From assembly GCA_963815195.1 (NCBI GenBank), contig CAWFGE010000007.1, forward strand, positions 224,001 to 288,000: a DNA stretch of 64,000 nt, given 5' to 3'. This document shows, one piece after another, positions 1 through 9,444 of this stretch. Each line of letters starts with the position of its first letter. Position 1 is the stretch's first letter. The DNA comes from an uncultured Planctomycetaceae bacterium. Lineage in GTDB: Bacteria; Planctomycetota; Planctomycetia; Planctomycetales; Planctomycetaceae. The notes under the pieces are model-generated. The model did not search any database, was not told the origin of the DNA, and worked only from the letters and a program-made list of their open reading frames with translations. Position numbers and translations under genes: made by a program.

Positions 1-731
1 ATGTCGCCAACCGCTTGGACGATTCGATCTCGGTCATCGATCTGAACCGCGGCGAGTTGATGCAGACGATTTCGCTCGGACCGCGGCCGCGATCCACCTC
101 CGAGGAACGCGGCGAACGGCTGTTCTTTAATGCCAAGCTCTCCCACGATGGCTGGCTGAGCTGCCATAGTTGCCACACCGAAGGCCACACGTCGGGCCTG
201 GTGGTGGACACGCTGGGCGATGGCGATTACGGTGCGCCGAAGCTCGTGCCTTCGCTGTTGGGGACGCGGGACACGCAGCCTTGGAGTTGGGACGGGAGTG
301 CCGGCCTCCTCCGCGAGCAGGTGCAAAAGTCGCTCACCACCACGATGCACGGCGAACCCTTGTCCGCGCGGGACATGGAGGACCTGTTCGCGTATCTGAC
401 AAGTCTGGACCCGCCCCCGCCGGCCGGTTCCGCTCCGAAGGAATTGATTCACGAAGGCCAAGGTGTATTTAAGGCCCAAGGCTGTGTGAACTGCCACGCA
501 CCGCCGGCTTTTACGACGCCCGTCACAGTCGATGTCAGCCTGCTGGATGAGCACAAGCGGAGCCGATTCAATCCGCCTTCGCTCCGCGGCGTGAGCCAAC
601 GCCAACGCTATTTCCACGACGGCCGCGCAAACCGTTTGGAAGATGTGCTCCTCAAAGTCCGCCATCAACTCGATGAACCCTTGGGCAAACACGACGCCCA
701 AGCATTGCTCGCGTTCCTGCGGAGCTTGTAG
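1..731 (+). CDS. 5'-truncated YVTN-type beta-propeller / di-heme cytochrome c (cytochrome c peroxidase/MauG-like) protein
   Basis: Frame is open from the window edge (VANRLDDSISVIDL, YVTN-like repeat). Two CXXCH motifs (CHSCH, CVNCH), plus PSLRGV and YFHDGRA, typical of CcP/MauG-like C-termini. Confidence 0.8.
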   Translation, partial: VANRLDDSISVIDLNRGELMQTISLGPRPRSTSEERGERLFFNAKLSHDGWLSCHSCHTEGHTSGLVVDTLGDGDYGAPKLVPSLLGTRDTQPWSWDGSAGLLREQVQKSLTTTMHGEPLSARDMEDLFAYLTSLDPPPPAGSAPKELIHEGQGVFKAQGCVNCHAPPAFTTPVTVDVSLLDEHKRSRFNPPSLRGVSQRQRYFHDGRANRLEDVLLKVRHQLDEPLGKHDAQALLAFLRSL

Positions 732-756
732 TTTCAGTCTTTCCAAATAACTAAAA

Positions 757-1048
757 AGGGCCGAAGGCCTGGTTTTGTTTTCAAGAGCCGCGCACGAAGT
801 AAGCGGTTTTCAGGGACTCAGACAACGCAAGACCGCTTACTTCGTGCGCGGCTCAGGCATTTTTGGAAGTACTGAATTTCGGAAGCTGCGCGAAATGTCA
901 TGGGATGGAACTGGACGAACGATGTGCGTCGGATTGAATCCCCCCTCTCAAAGGCCCGCCCCGTTGGGGCTTGTTTTTCATTCTTCATCCGTACCCAGGG
1001 CGGCGCTGCGGTTGCCCCGGGCTGACATAGAGCCGTGCCTTCGGCCCT
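757..1048. repeat. Palindromic REP-like element (family B) bounded by 12-bp inverted repeats and interrupted by a family A element
   Basis: agggccgaaggc (757-768) is the exact reverse complement of gccttcggccct (1037-1048). Internal small palindromes gccccgttggggc and cccagggc...gccccggg. Confidence 0.6.
785..854. repeat. REP/REPIN-like doublet, family A, copy 1
   Basis: 23-bp perfect inverted repeat gagccgcgcacgaagtaagcggt / accgcttacttcgtgcgcggctc with a 24-nt spacer. Further copies at 11224-11293 and 36976-37160. Confidence 0.9.
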
Positions 1049-1191
1049 AAATCCTTTTGGTGCAGGCATCTCGTCTGCGAATGTCGCGGGCACGGTTGCA
1101 CGACAATCACAGGACAATTGGAACGACTGAATTCCCTTGGCGGCTTGGCGAGAGAATTTTTTTTACCCCTCGACATTTGGAGATCCCTTTG

Positions 1192-2574
1192 ATGCCGACG
1201 CAATCCGATAACAACTTTTTCTCCCGGCGGGATTGGCTGAAGTGGAGTTCGTTGGTGCTCGCGGGCGGGACGTGGAGTGCCGGGGGGCAAACGGCATTCG
1301 CTCAACCCAAGCGGCAGGCGCGGGAGCTGCGGATTACCGAGATCAAGGTGACGCCCGTGGCCCTTCCCGATCCGCCGATTCTCGCGGCCAGCGGATGTCA
1401 CGGGCCGTACTTCTTGCGGAGCATCATCGAACTCAAAACCGATGCGGGCGTCGTCGGCGTCGGCGAGACCTACGGCAATCAAAGCCTGCTGAAAGAGTTG
1501 AATAAGAGCGTCGATTTGTTAAAGGGACGAAGTGCGTTTGCCTATCGCAGCTTCGCGGAACCGCTTGGAAAGTTTCATCCCGGCGTCTATGCGGGCATCG
1601 AGATGGCCTGCCTGGATGCGATCGGCCAGGCGACGAACTGCCGGGTCTGTGACCTTTTGGGCGGGCCGGTTCGCGAGGAAGTCGAGTTCGCCGCGTATCT
1701 GTTTTACCGCTATGCCGCGGACGATCCGCGGGTGCTGTCCGATCCGCGTCTGGTCGATAACCGCGGCAAAGGCGACCGGGCCCTCGATGCCTGGGGCGAA
1801 GTTCGCACCGCGGAAACCATGACCGACATGGCGGCCGCGTTTCGGAAGAAGTGGGGGTTTCGGGTTTTGAAGCTCAAAGCCGGCGTCTTGCCGGTCGATG
1901 AGGAACTCAAAACGATGGCGAGGATGGCCGAGCGGTTCGGCCCGAACGTGCCGCTGCGAATCGATCCCAACGCCCGCTGGACGGTGCCGACGGCAATCAG
2001 CGCCGGGAAGACATTAAAAAATGTCCCGCTGGAATACTACGAAGACCCGGTCTCCGGACAAAAGGGAATGGCGGAAGTCCGGCGGCAAACGGGTCTCAAA
2101 CTCTCGACCAATTCCTGTGTGAGCCGCTGGGAGCACATTGGCCCCGCCGTGAGGATCGAACCGATCGACGTGGTGCTCGGCGACATTTATTGGTTCGGGG
2201 GCCTGACGGGACTTCAAGCCCTGGGCAAAGCCGCCGAGAGTTTGGGCTGGGGTTTAAGCTATCACAGCAACAGTCACGCGGGGATCACGATGGCGGCGAT
2301 GATTCACGCGCTCGCCGCCACGCCGGAACTCGGCTACGCCGCCGACACCCATTACGTCTGGCTCGCCGAGGGCCAGGACATCATCGAAGGCCCGAATCTC
2401 ACGATCCAAAACGCCAGGATGCCGATCCCGGAAGGCCCCGGCTTGGGCGTTCGGCTGGACCCGGACAAACTCGCCAAGGCCCACGAAACCTACCAAAAAT
2501 CCGGCATGCGAGACCGCGACGACGCCAACACGATGCGAGTCTTTCAACCGGGGTGGAAACGGGAGTTGTTTTAA
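1192..2574 (+). CDS. Enolase-superfamily (mandelate racemase/glucarate dehydratase-like) enzyme with Tat signal peptide
   Basis: N-terminal SRRDWLK twin-arginine motif. KLKAG, RIDPN, YYEDP, STN, YHSNSH and GPGLGVRLD motifs match the glucarate dehydratase subgroup. ATG 1192 preferred over the ORF-track start. Confidence 0.85.
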   Translation: MPTQSDNNFFSRRDWLKWSSLVLAGGTWSAGGQTAFAQPKRQARELRITEIKVTPVALPDPPILAASGCHGPYFLRSIIELKTDAGVVGVGETYGNQSLLKELNKSVDLLKGRSAFAYRSFAEPLGKFHPGVYAGIEMACLDAIGQATNCRVCDLLGGPVREEVEFAAYLFYRYAADDPRVLSDPRLVDNRGKGDRALDAWGEVRTAETMTDMAAAFRKKWGFRVLKLKAGVLPVDEELKTMARMAERFGPNVPLRIDPNARWTVPTAISAGKTLKNVPLEYYEDPVSGQKGMAEVRRQTGLKLSTNSCVSRWEHIGPAVRIEPIDVVLGDIYWFGGLTGLQALGKAAESLGWGLSYHSNSHAGITMAAMIHALAATPELGYAADTHYVWLAEGQDIIEGPNLTIQNARMPIPEGPGLGVRLDPDKLAKAHETYQKSGMRDRDDANTMRVFQPGWKRELF

Positions 2575-2601
2575 CTCACTCAATCTTGAATACAATTCAT
2601 C

Positions 2602-2938
2602 ATGTGCACTCAACAAGAAACACGGCCGCCAACGAGAGAACGGCCTTTTCCGCGACGCTGCCGGCAATGCGGAGAGCAGAAAGTCGTCATGGCGACCGCA
2701 TCGTATGAGGCCGAATTTCGCCACGACGGCCGGCTTTAGACCTTCACTGTGCCGAATCTCGAAATCCTGATGTGTCAGGCGTGCGGCGCGAGGGTTTTTA
2801 CGGAACGATCAGATGCTCAAATCAACGATGCGCTTCGCGACCATTTGCATTTGCTCACGCAGGCAGATTCGTGAAGGGATCAAGCGGGTCAGATTATCAC
2901 AGAAAGAAATCGCGAAACGATTGGGGATCGCGTTGTGA
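2602..2938 (+). pseudogene. Degraded MqsA/YgiT-type zinc-finger-HTH antitoxin
   Basis: Manual translation: MCTQQETRPPTRERPFPRRCRQCGEQKVVMATASYEAEFRHDGRL*TFTVPNLEILMCQACGARVFTERSDAQINDALRDHLHLLT, then a frameshift into QIREGIKRVRLSQKEIAKRLGIAL*. Two CxxC pairs and the start of an Xre HTH. TAG at 2737-2739; C-terminally truncated. Confidence 0.8.
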
Positions 2939-2966
2939 AATACAAATATCGCACGATCGGCGGGAT

Positions 2967-4631
2967 TTAGCGTTTTCGCAGCGCCCGGCCTGGGTGTTGG
3001 CCGGTGTGTTGGCCGTTGTCTAACACCAATTGGCCGTTGACGAGGACGTGGCTGATGCCTTCGGGGTATTGGAAGGGGTCGGTGTAGGCGGCGCGGGCCT
3101 GGATGGTTTCGGGATCGAAGATCGTGATGTCGGCGAAGGCGCCTTCCCGCAGGACGCCGCGGTCTTTGAGGCCGACTTTGGTCGCGTTCAGCGAAGTCAT
3201 TTTGCGGACGGCGTCTTCCAGGCGGAGCAGACCCAGCTCGCGGACGTAAACGCCCAGGATGCGGGGGAAGGTGCCGAAGTTTCGCGGGTGCGGATTGCCT
3301 CGCCGGAGCCGGCCGCTGATCGCATAGGCCGATCCGTCCGACCCCACCGAGCACCAGGGCTGCTGGAGCGCGAACGTCATGTCCTTTTCGGTATGGTGGG
3401 CATAGACGGTGCCGACCGAGCCGTTCTGTTCGATGAGGAACTCGAACAATTCATCGAGCGGGTCGGCGGCGGGTTTGTTCTTCAGGCGAATCTCCATCAC
3501 GCGGTCCATCGTCAGGCCTTTGAAGGTGTTGTTCGCGCTTATGAGCATTCGCGACCAGTCCTTGCCGACGGCGGTGTAATGGTTGTACCAGCCGGGCAGG
3601 CCTTCGTTGATGTCGCGTTTGAGCTTCGAGCGCAGGCTGGGAATCTTTGAGGCGTTTGAGGAGTTCCGCCGTGCCGCCTTCGTGGGCCCAAGGCGGGATG
3701 ATGCTCACCAAATTGTTGTTGCCGCGCGTGTAGGGATAGACGTTGGCCTGGACGTTGACGCCTCGTTTGCGGGCGTCTTCGATCAAAGCGACGACTTCGT
3801 TCATTCGGCCCCAATACTGTTGGTCCGCGATTTTGAGATGGATCACATCCACGGGAAGGCCCGCCTTTTCGCCGATCTCGATGGCTTCCTTCACCGACTC
3901 GAACACGCCGGTGCCTTCGTTGCGGATGTGGGTGGAATACAGCCCGCCGTGCCGGGCCGCGACTTTGGCAAGTTGGATGATGTCTTCCGTGGTCGCCAAG
4001 GAACCGGGCGGCATCATCACCTGGCTGGAAAGCCCCAAGGCCCCCTGCTGCATGGCTTCTTCGACCAAGTCTTCCATCTGCTGGAGATCATCCGCGGTCG
4101 GGCGCTCGAACGAGGTGCCCATTACGCTTTCCCAAACGTTATTGAGGCCGACGTAAGACGCGACGTTCGTGCTGATGCCCGGCGCTGGGCGGCGTCGAAG
4201 TAATCGCCCAACGTCGTGAGTCGGACGCTTTCGCCGTTCACATCCACGCGATGGCGAGGCAGCTTGTTCTGATAAGGCCCGGCGGAGTTGCCTTCGCCCA
4301 GGATTTCCGTCGTCACGCCCTGGCGGATTTTGCTCTGGGCGTCGCCGTCTTCCAGGAGCACAAAATCCGAATGCGAATGAATATCAATAAACCCCGGCGA
4401 GACAATCAAACCCTTGGCGTCGATTTCTTTCTTGGCGGTGCCGGGAAGATTTCGCTTCACGGCCACAATGCGATCGCCGTTCACGGCCACGTCCGCATAG
4501 AACCACGGATTCCCAGTCCCATCCACCACCCGGCCGCCCCTGATGATGAGGTCATAAGAATCGGCGGCATTGCCGAAAGCGGAAACGGCCATGAAGAGAA
4601 GAAACGCAATGAAGCGGGTAAGATGATTCAT
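2967..4631 (-). CDS. N-acyl-D-amino-acid deacylase (D-aminoacylase) family amidohydrolase with signal peptide, split by two frameshifts
   Basis: Three consecutive ORFs (4122-4676, 3451-4122, 2967-3548) carry DLIIRGGRVVDGTG, PGFIDIHSHSD, STHIRNE, GSDG, HPRNFGTFPR and RGVLREGAFADITIFDP. Frameshifts near 4185 and 3640. Confidence 0.85.
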
Positions 4632-4750
4632 AACTTTATCCAGGTGAGACAAACATTCCGAACGTTCTGAACGCACCGGATCAGTTTATCACACGTCCGC
4701 CATGAATTTCTTCCTCGCATCGTTGTAATCGAGCAGATTCGTCCTGCGGG

Positions 4751-6307
4751 TCACTTCGCCGATTCGGTCAAAGCGCGTTCGGCATCGGCAGGTTGAAAAT
4801 GATCCAACGGCCGGCCGTGGACGAATTGAGTTTCCTTGAGCAGCGTCCGCACGCCGGGGCGCGGCCGGCATTCCACCAGAAATTGGAACGCGAACAACGA
4901 CGGCCACATCTTCGCAAACAGCGTGCTGATCAAACCAAGGCAGCGTCCCCAGCGGCCGCGGACGACCGCCTCGAACGGCGGCCCCACGGGATGCATTCGC
5001 AGCACATCGTAGCCGCAGTCTTCCAACAGACGCAACAAGCTCTTTTTCGTGAACAGCCTTTTGTGCGTGATGTCGAGAATGCCCCGCTCCGCATAATTGA
5101 ACCGCCCGAAGCACAGGTTCAAGCGGATGCCCGCGAACGCCACGTTCGGCGTGGAGAGCACGAGCCGCCAGGTTCGATTGCGGCAGGACGCATCGAGATG
5201 CTCGTTCCGCAGCGCAATCAGAAAACCTTCGGGATCGCTGAGATGCTCGATGACGTCGAGCATCAAAGCCAGGTCAAACTCAAACGGATTGACGGGCAGC
5301 GGATCCATTTCGAGGTTCGCCGGGTGAAAGCCCGTCATCATGCCGGGCTGCGGCGGTTGGGCGTCGATGCCCGTGACCTGGCAGCCGAGGCGTTCGCATT
5401 TCTGGGCGACATGGCCGGGACCGCAGCCGATGTCGAGCACCCGCCCGGCTTTCTCCCGCTCGACGATGCCCGCGGCGATCGCGTGGGACGTGTAGTCTCC
5501 GAACGTCTTGTCGCGATACCGGCCGTTGTCCAGGTGGCGGAACTTCAGCGAGCAGGCCATGCCCATCTGGTGCATTTTGAACTGCAGCGTGGAGACGACG
5601 ACGTTCCAGGCATACCGCAGCCCGGGCACCCGGCAGACCTCGTCGCCGTAAAATGTGGGAATGGGAATCTCCGCGACCTGGGCTTTCACATAGGCGGCTT
5701 GCAGCAGGATCTCGGTATCGAAGTGGAAATCGTTGGAGTTCACCTCGAACGGAACTTTTTGTAGGAACGATGTGGAGAACGCCCGGTAGCCCGTGTGGTA
5801 TTCTTCAAGATCGAGGCCGGTGATCAGGTTCTGAAACCGGCTGAGAATGCGGTTCCCGGCGATCTTGTAAAGCGGCATTCCGCCCTGCCGGGCGCTTTTG
5901 ACCGAATGCATTCGCGATCCCAAAACCACGTCGGCTCCGGTTTCCTGCCAGGTCTCGATAAACCGCGGGAGCTCTTCGGGGGCGTATTGCCCGTCGCCGT
6001 GCAGCAGAACCACGAAGTCGAATCCGCCGTCGATCGCAATCCGATAGCCGAGCTTCTGGTTCCCGCCGTATCCCTGATTGTCGCTGTGCTGGACAACGGT
6101 GAGATTCGTCATGTTTTCATCGATAGCCCAATGGCGTAACGAGTCGGGGCCCTGATCGGTCGAGGCATCGTCCAGGCAAAGAAAATGCACATCGTCCCGA
6201 TTGAACAGCGACCGGGGCACCCGCGAGAAGACGTCGACCAAATGGCGCTCGGCTTCGTAGGCGACCACCAGAACCAGAATTTTGGAAGTAGGCACGGAAC
6301 AATCCAC
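4751..6307 (-). CDS. Bifunctional GT2 glycosyltransferase / class I SAM-dependent methyltransferase
   Basis: N-terminal GT2 (LDDASTD, NQGYGGNQK, LHGDGQY, HTGYRAF). C-terminal VLDIGCGPG and LDVIEHL methyltransferase motifs. Confidence 0.88.
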   Translation of the reverse strand: MDCSVPTSKILVLVVAYEAERHLVDVFSRVPRSLFNRDDVHFLCLDDASTDQGPDSLRHWAIDENMTNLTVVQHSDNQGYGGNQKLGYRIAIDGGFDFVVLLHGDGQYAPEELPRFIETWQETGADVVLGSRMHSVKSARQGGMPLYKIAGNRILSRFQNLITGLDLEEYHTGYRAFSTSFLQKVPFEVNSNDFHFDTEILLQAAYVKAQVAEIPIPTFYGDEVCRVPGLRYAWNVVVSTLQFKMHQMGMACSLKFRHLDNGRYRDKTFGDYTSHAIAAGIVEREKAGRVLDIGCGPGHVAQKCERLGCQVTGIDAQPPQPGMMTGFHPANLEMDPLPVNPFEFDLALMLDVIEHLSDPEGFLIALRNEHLDASCRNRTWRLVLSTPNVAFAGIRLNLCFGRFNYAERGILDITHKRLFTKKSLLRLLEDCGYDVLRMHPVGPPFEAVVRGRWGRCLGLISTLFAKMWPSLFAFQFLVECRPRPGVRTLLKETQFVHGRPLDHFQPADAERALTESAK

Positions 6308-6358
6308 CCCATCGAAAAATCGGCAATTTGAAACCCGCCTCCTGCGAACGGCGTCGCC

Positions 6359-8023
6359 TCAGTGCATCGCGAGGGAGTTTTTATTTTTTGGCGGCTTTCC
6401 GGAGCACCCGCGAGGCGGCGGGAACTCGATGATCTGATTCATCCCCACCTGCCAATGCTGAAAGGAAGTCACGAGCGGCAAATACGGCCCCACGCGCCTA
6501 AGCGAGAAACTGTCGTCATCGTAACCCAGATAGACGACCCAAAACCGCGGCGCATCCCGGGTCTCGGTGCAGTCCAGAAACTCGCACCAGTTCTCGCGGA
6601 GGCTGTATTCAAAAATGTAGAACTTCGGCAGCACCAACAGCCGATAGCCGCCGATGTGGTATTCCCGAAAACCGCCCGGCAATTCCTTGACGGGGTTCAG
6701 TTCATCGCGGCCCATGTAATAATCCAAGACGTTGCGGGTCGCGTCGTCGACAATCACCACATCCGACGCGGGAATCCGCTTTTTGAAAACTTCGACCGTC
6801 TCGTGCATTCGGGCGATCGACATGGGAGTCTCAAATCGCAGCACGGGCATTACGCTGTGGGACACAATCCAAAACCCCATCATCAGCGTTCCCAGAACCG
6901 CGGTGAGACGCCGCTTGGGCAGATAGCATTGAGCAAGGCTGACGCCAATCGCCAAGGCGACAAACGGAATCACCCAAATGGAATGCCGGGTGGGACCGAA
7001 GGGATAAACCCGGGCACACAACAGCGCATTGGCGATGACGAACGGCAACAGCACAAGGAGCACCCGGCTGAACCGTTCCGAGACCGGCCGATGTTCTTCC
7101 CGCGCCGAGCGAACCAGGATCCAAGAGGCGTACCCCAAAGCCAGGGGCACCAGGAACCAGTAGGTCCCGAAGGTGAAGCTCATAAACTGGATCGTGCGGA
7201 CGAGCATGAGTTTGATTTCTCGTCCGAGGGGGGTCGATGCGTTAATGCCGCGGCTCCAGTAACTCCACATCGCGTCGCGGGTATCGCTTTTGACAAAGCC
7301 CCGCACGTGGCTGAGATAAAGCCACGCGCAAATGCCCAGCACAAACGTTTGGCCCGCCGCCCAACCGAGCGCGATCCGCCGCGGGATCTGCCCGCCCAAC
7401 ACGCGAACGGTGACCACGATCCCCAAGACGAGCGTGAACCACGGGGCGCTGTAATGCGTCAAGTTCGCCAAGGCCAGGCAGAGCGTCAGCCCCAAAACGG
7501 CTCGCAGCGAGGGCTTTTTCACGAGCCGTTCTTGGAAGTAGAGCGCCCCGAAAAACAGGCACAGCAAAAAGGTATAGCTTCGCATCACATGCGACAGGCG
7601 GATCATGGGCGGCGAAAAGGTGAGGAACACTAAACCTAATACCGCTGGCGTCCGCCCCGCGGCTTCGCGAATCCAGAAATACGCGATCAAGAGCGCCAAC
7701 ACGCCAAACACGAGCGAAGGCCACCTCATAAAGGCTTCCGACGTGCCTCCCTTGTTCCAGTAGTGGTAGAACAAAAAGATCAAGGGTGGATGCGTGTGGA
7801 TCTTGCTCGCCTCGTACGCCGACATCAAATCCGGCTCTTTGGCGACCTGGAAATGCATCGACTCGTCGAAGTCCAGATGAAAGGCCTCGAGCATCTGATA
7901 CCGCAGCACCGCGCCGGCCGCGAGGATCGCCACGATCAAAACCCACAGCCATTTCGAGGCGGAGCCATTGGCATCCGATGTTTGCATGCTGTTGAACCTT
8001 GTGGTGGAATCGGTTTCGGTCAT
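6359..8023 (-). CDS. GT-C fold (family 39 / ArnT-PMT-like) membrane glycosyltransferase
   Basis: TM1 followed by LDFDESMH, then HPPL, MRWPS, RSYT and THYS. About 11 hydrophobic segments. ATG 8023 chosen. Confidence 0.8.
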   Translation of the reverse strand: MTETDSTTRFNSMQTSDANGSASKWLWVLIVAILAAGAVLRYQMLEAFHLDFDESMHFQVAKEPDLMSAYEASKIHTHPPLIFLFYHYWNKGGTSEAFMRWPSLVFGVLALLIAYFWIREAAGRTPAVLGLVFLTFSPPMIRLSHVMRSYTFLLCLFFGALYFQERLVKKPSLRAVLGLTLCLALANLTHYSAPWFTLVLGIVVTVRVLGGQIPRRIALGWAAGQTFVLGICAWLYLSHVRGFVKSDTRDAMWSYWSRGINASTPLGREIKLMLVRTIQFMSFTFGTYWFLVPLALGYASWILVRSAREEHRPVSERFSRVLLVLLPFVIANALLCARVYPFGPTRHSIWVIPFVALAIGVSLAQCYLPKRRLTAVLGTLMMGFWIVSHSVMPVLRFETPMSIARMHETVEVFKKRIPASDVVIVDDATRNVLDYYMGRDELNPVKELPGGFREYHIGGYRLLVLPKFYIFEYSLRENWCEFLDCTETRDAPRFWVVYLGYDDDSFSLRRVGPYLPLVTSFQHWQVGMNQIIEFPPPRGCSGKPPKNKNSLAMH

Positions 8024-8044
8024 CTGCTGCTCGGAAAATGGGTA

Positions 8045-8117
8045 ACCACGGAGACACGAAGGACACGGAGAAGTGATTTTTCTCGTTCTACCTCCGTGAC
8101 CTCCGTGTCTCCGTGGT
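8045..8117. repeat. Intergenic palindromic element (family C) built from short acacggag-type units
   Basis: accacggagacacgaaggacacggag ... ctccgtgacctccgtgtctccgtggt form an imperfect inverted repeat of about 26 bp. Confidence 0.8.
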
Positions 8118-8154
8118 AAAACTCGGTTTTCGATCGGGTTACCGACTGAGATGA

Positions 8155-9363
8155 TTAGTTTTTGTTGGTCGAGGCGTGAAACACTTCCGCCGGGAAATGC
8201 CCGCGCCACAGGGCCAGCGCACGGCCGGCGTGGGACAGGAACGTGTAAAACCGCTGCACCTGGCTGGGGCTGAGTTCATCGATCGTCTTCACCAGCCACT
8301 GCCCGGCCCGCACGCGGGTCTCCAACGGCGGCAGGACTTCCGGCGGTGCGAACGCCCACCATTCCAAAGCATGGCCGGTCGCCAGAATTCGATCGGCCAA
8401 CGAACCGAGCGGCGATGTATGATCGGCGGGCTGCGGGCCGTCGGCTTCGTCGCCGGGCCAATCGCCTTCCCAGTAGCCGTCTTGATGCTGGTTCGCCACG
8501 AGCCGGCGGGTGGCATCCTGCAGATGGGCCACGACCCGCAGCCGGGCCTGAGGTGACAGCAAACCGTGCGTTTCATCCACCCGCAACAAGAGCGCGAGCG
8601 CATGCAGCCGATGGTTCCCAAAGCAGACCCCTTGAGCCAGCCGCTGCCGCATCACCCGGTCGGCCAGGCGTTCCCAGGTCATCTCCTGGCCTTCGCTCGT
8701 GTACCAGCGTTTGACGTGCGGCATGTAATGCAAATAGGCGACGAGCGACCATTCATATTCCAGTTGATTCAAGCTGAATCTTCGCAGCGAATCTTCCAAA
8801 GCGCCCCGCAGCGGCATCTCACCCTGGGGCGTGATGACCGGATAATCCAATGGCGTTCCGACTTCCGCCAGTCCCGCCAGGCTGTGATCGACGTGGCTCG
8901 CCGCCGCGTAGCCTTCCCGCGTTCGCATCGCGATCCGCCCCCGCATGTCGGGTATCAGAAACGGCTTCGTCTTCGGCCCCCAAGCCTCGGCAAACCGGCG
9001 ATGATCGAGCAACAACTCCCGCATCTCGATCCCCGAAAGACATTCGGGATCCTCGAACACCGCTTCAACTCCCCAAAATCGGAGCGCGTGATCGACGTGG
9101 TTGATCTTGGGCCGGTTGCCTCTGAGTCGGGGCGTGAGCTTTTCCAAAACCCGCTGAAGCTGCGCGTCCGAAATGATCGCCGGCTCATCATAGAGCGGGC
9201 GAATGCGCACCGGCTTCGTCGCGGGTTCGGGAAGAGTCCGCGGCGCGGTGAAATCCTGATACCGCCACGCCGCGGCTGCGATCAGACTGCCCAGCAACAC
9301 GACCTGCAAAGCACAAAACCCGATCACGTTTCGCCAAGTTGTTTTTTCAAGTGCCATAGTCAT
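8155..9363 (-). CDS. Uncharacterised membrane-anchored protein, probably an alpha-helical toroid
   Basis: 402-aa ORF with one N-terminal TM segment. Motifs HVDH (twice), CFGNHRL, QHQDGYW and TGHALEW. Co-oriented with the flanking GT-C genes. Confidence 0.7.
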   Translation of the reverse strand: MTMALEKTTWRNVIGFCALQVVLLGSLIAAAAWRYQDFTAPRTLPEPATKPVRIRPLYDEPAIISDAQLQRVLEKLTPRLRGNRPKINHVDHALRFWGVEAVFEDPECLSGIEMRELLLDHRRFAEAWGPKTKPFLIPDMRGRIAMRTREGYAAASHVDHSLAGLAEVGTPLDYPVITPQGEMPLRGALEDSLRRFSLNQLEYEWSLVAYLHYMPHVKRWYTSEGQEMTWERLADRVMRQRLAQGVCFGNHRLHALALLLRVDETHGLLSPQARLRVVAHLQDATRRLVANQHQDGYWEGDWPGDEADGPQPADHTSPLGSLADRILATGHALEWWAFAPPEVLPPLETRVRAGQWLVKTIDELSPSQVQRFYTFLSHAGRALALWRGHFPAEVFHASTNKN

Positions 9364-9444
9364 TTCGTTTTAATGAGATGCATGCGCAAACGCGCGAATT
9401 GGTTTTCCATCATGCGGATCGGGTGCCACCCCGTCGCTTCCATA

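Noticed and set aside
775..1050. Small ORFs containing RAAHEVSG / TAYFVRGS (also 11142-11351 and near 37000)
   Set aside because: They are translations of the family A palindrome, not a protein family.
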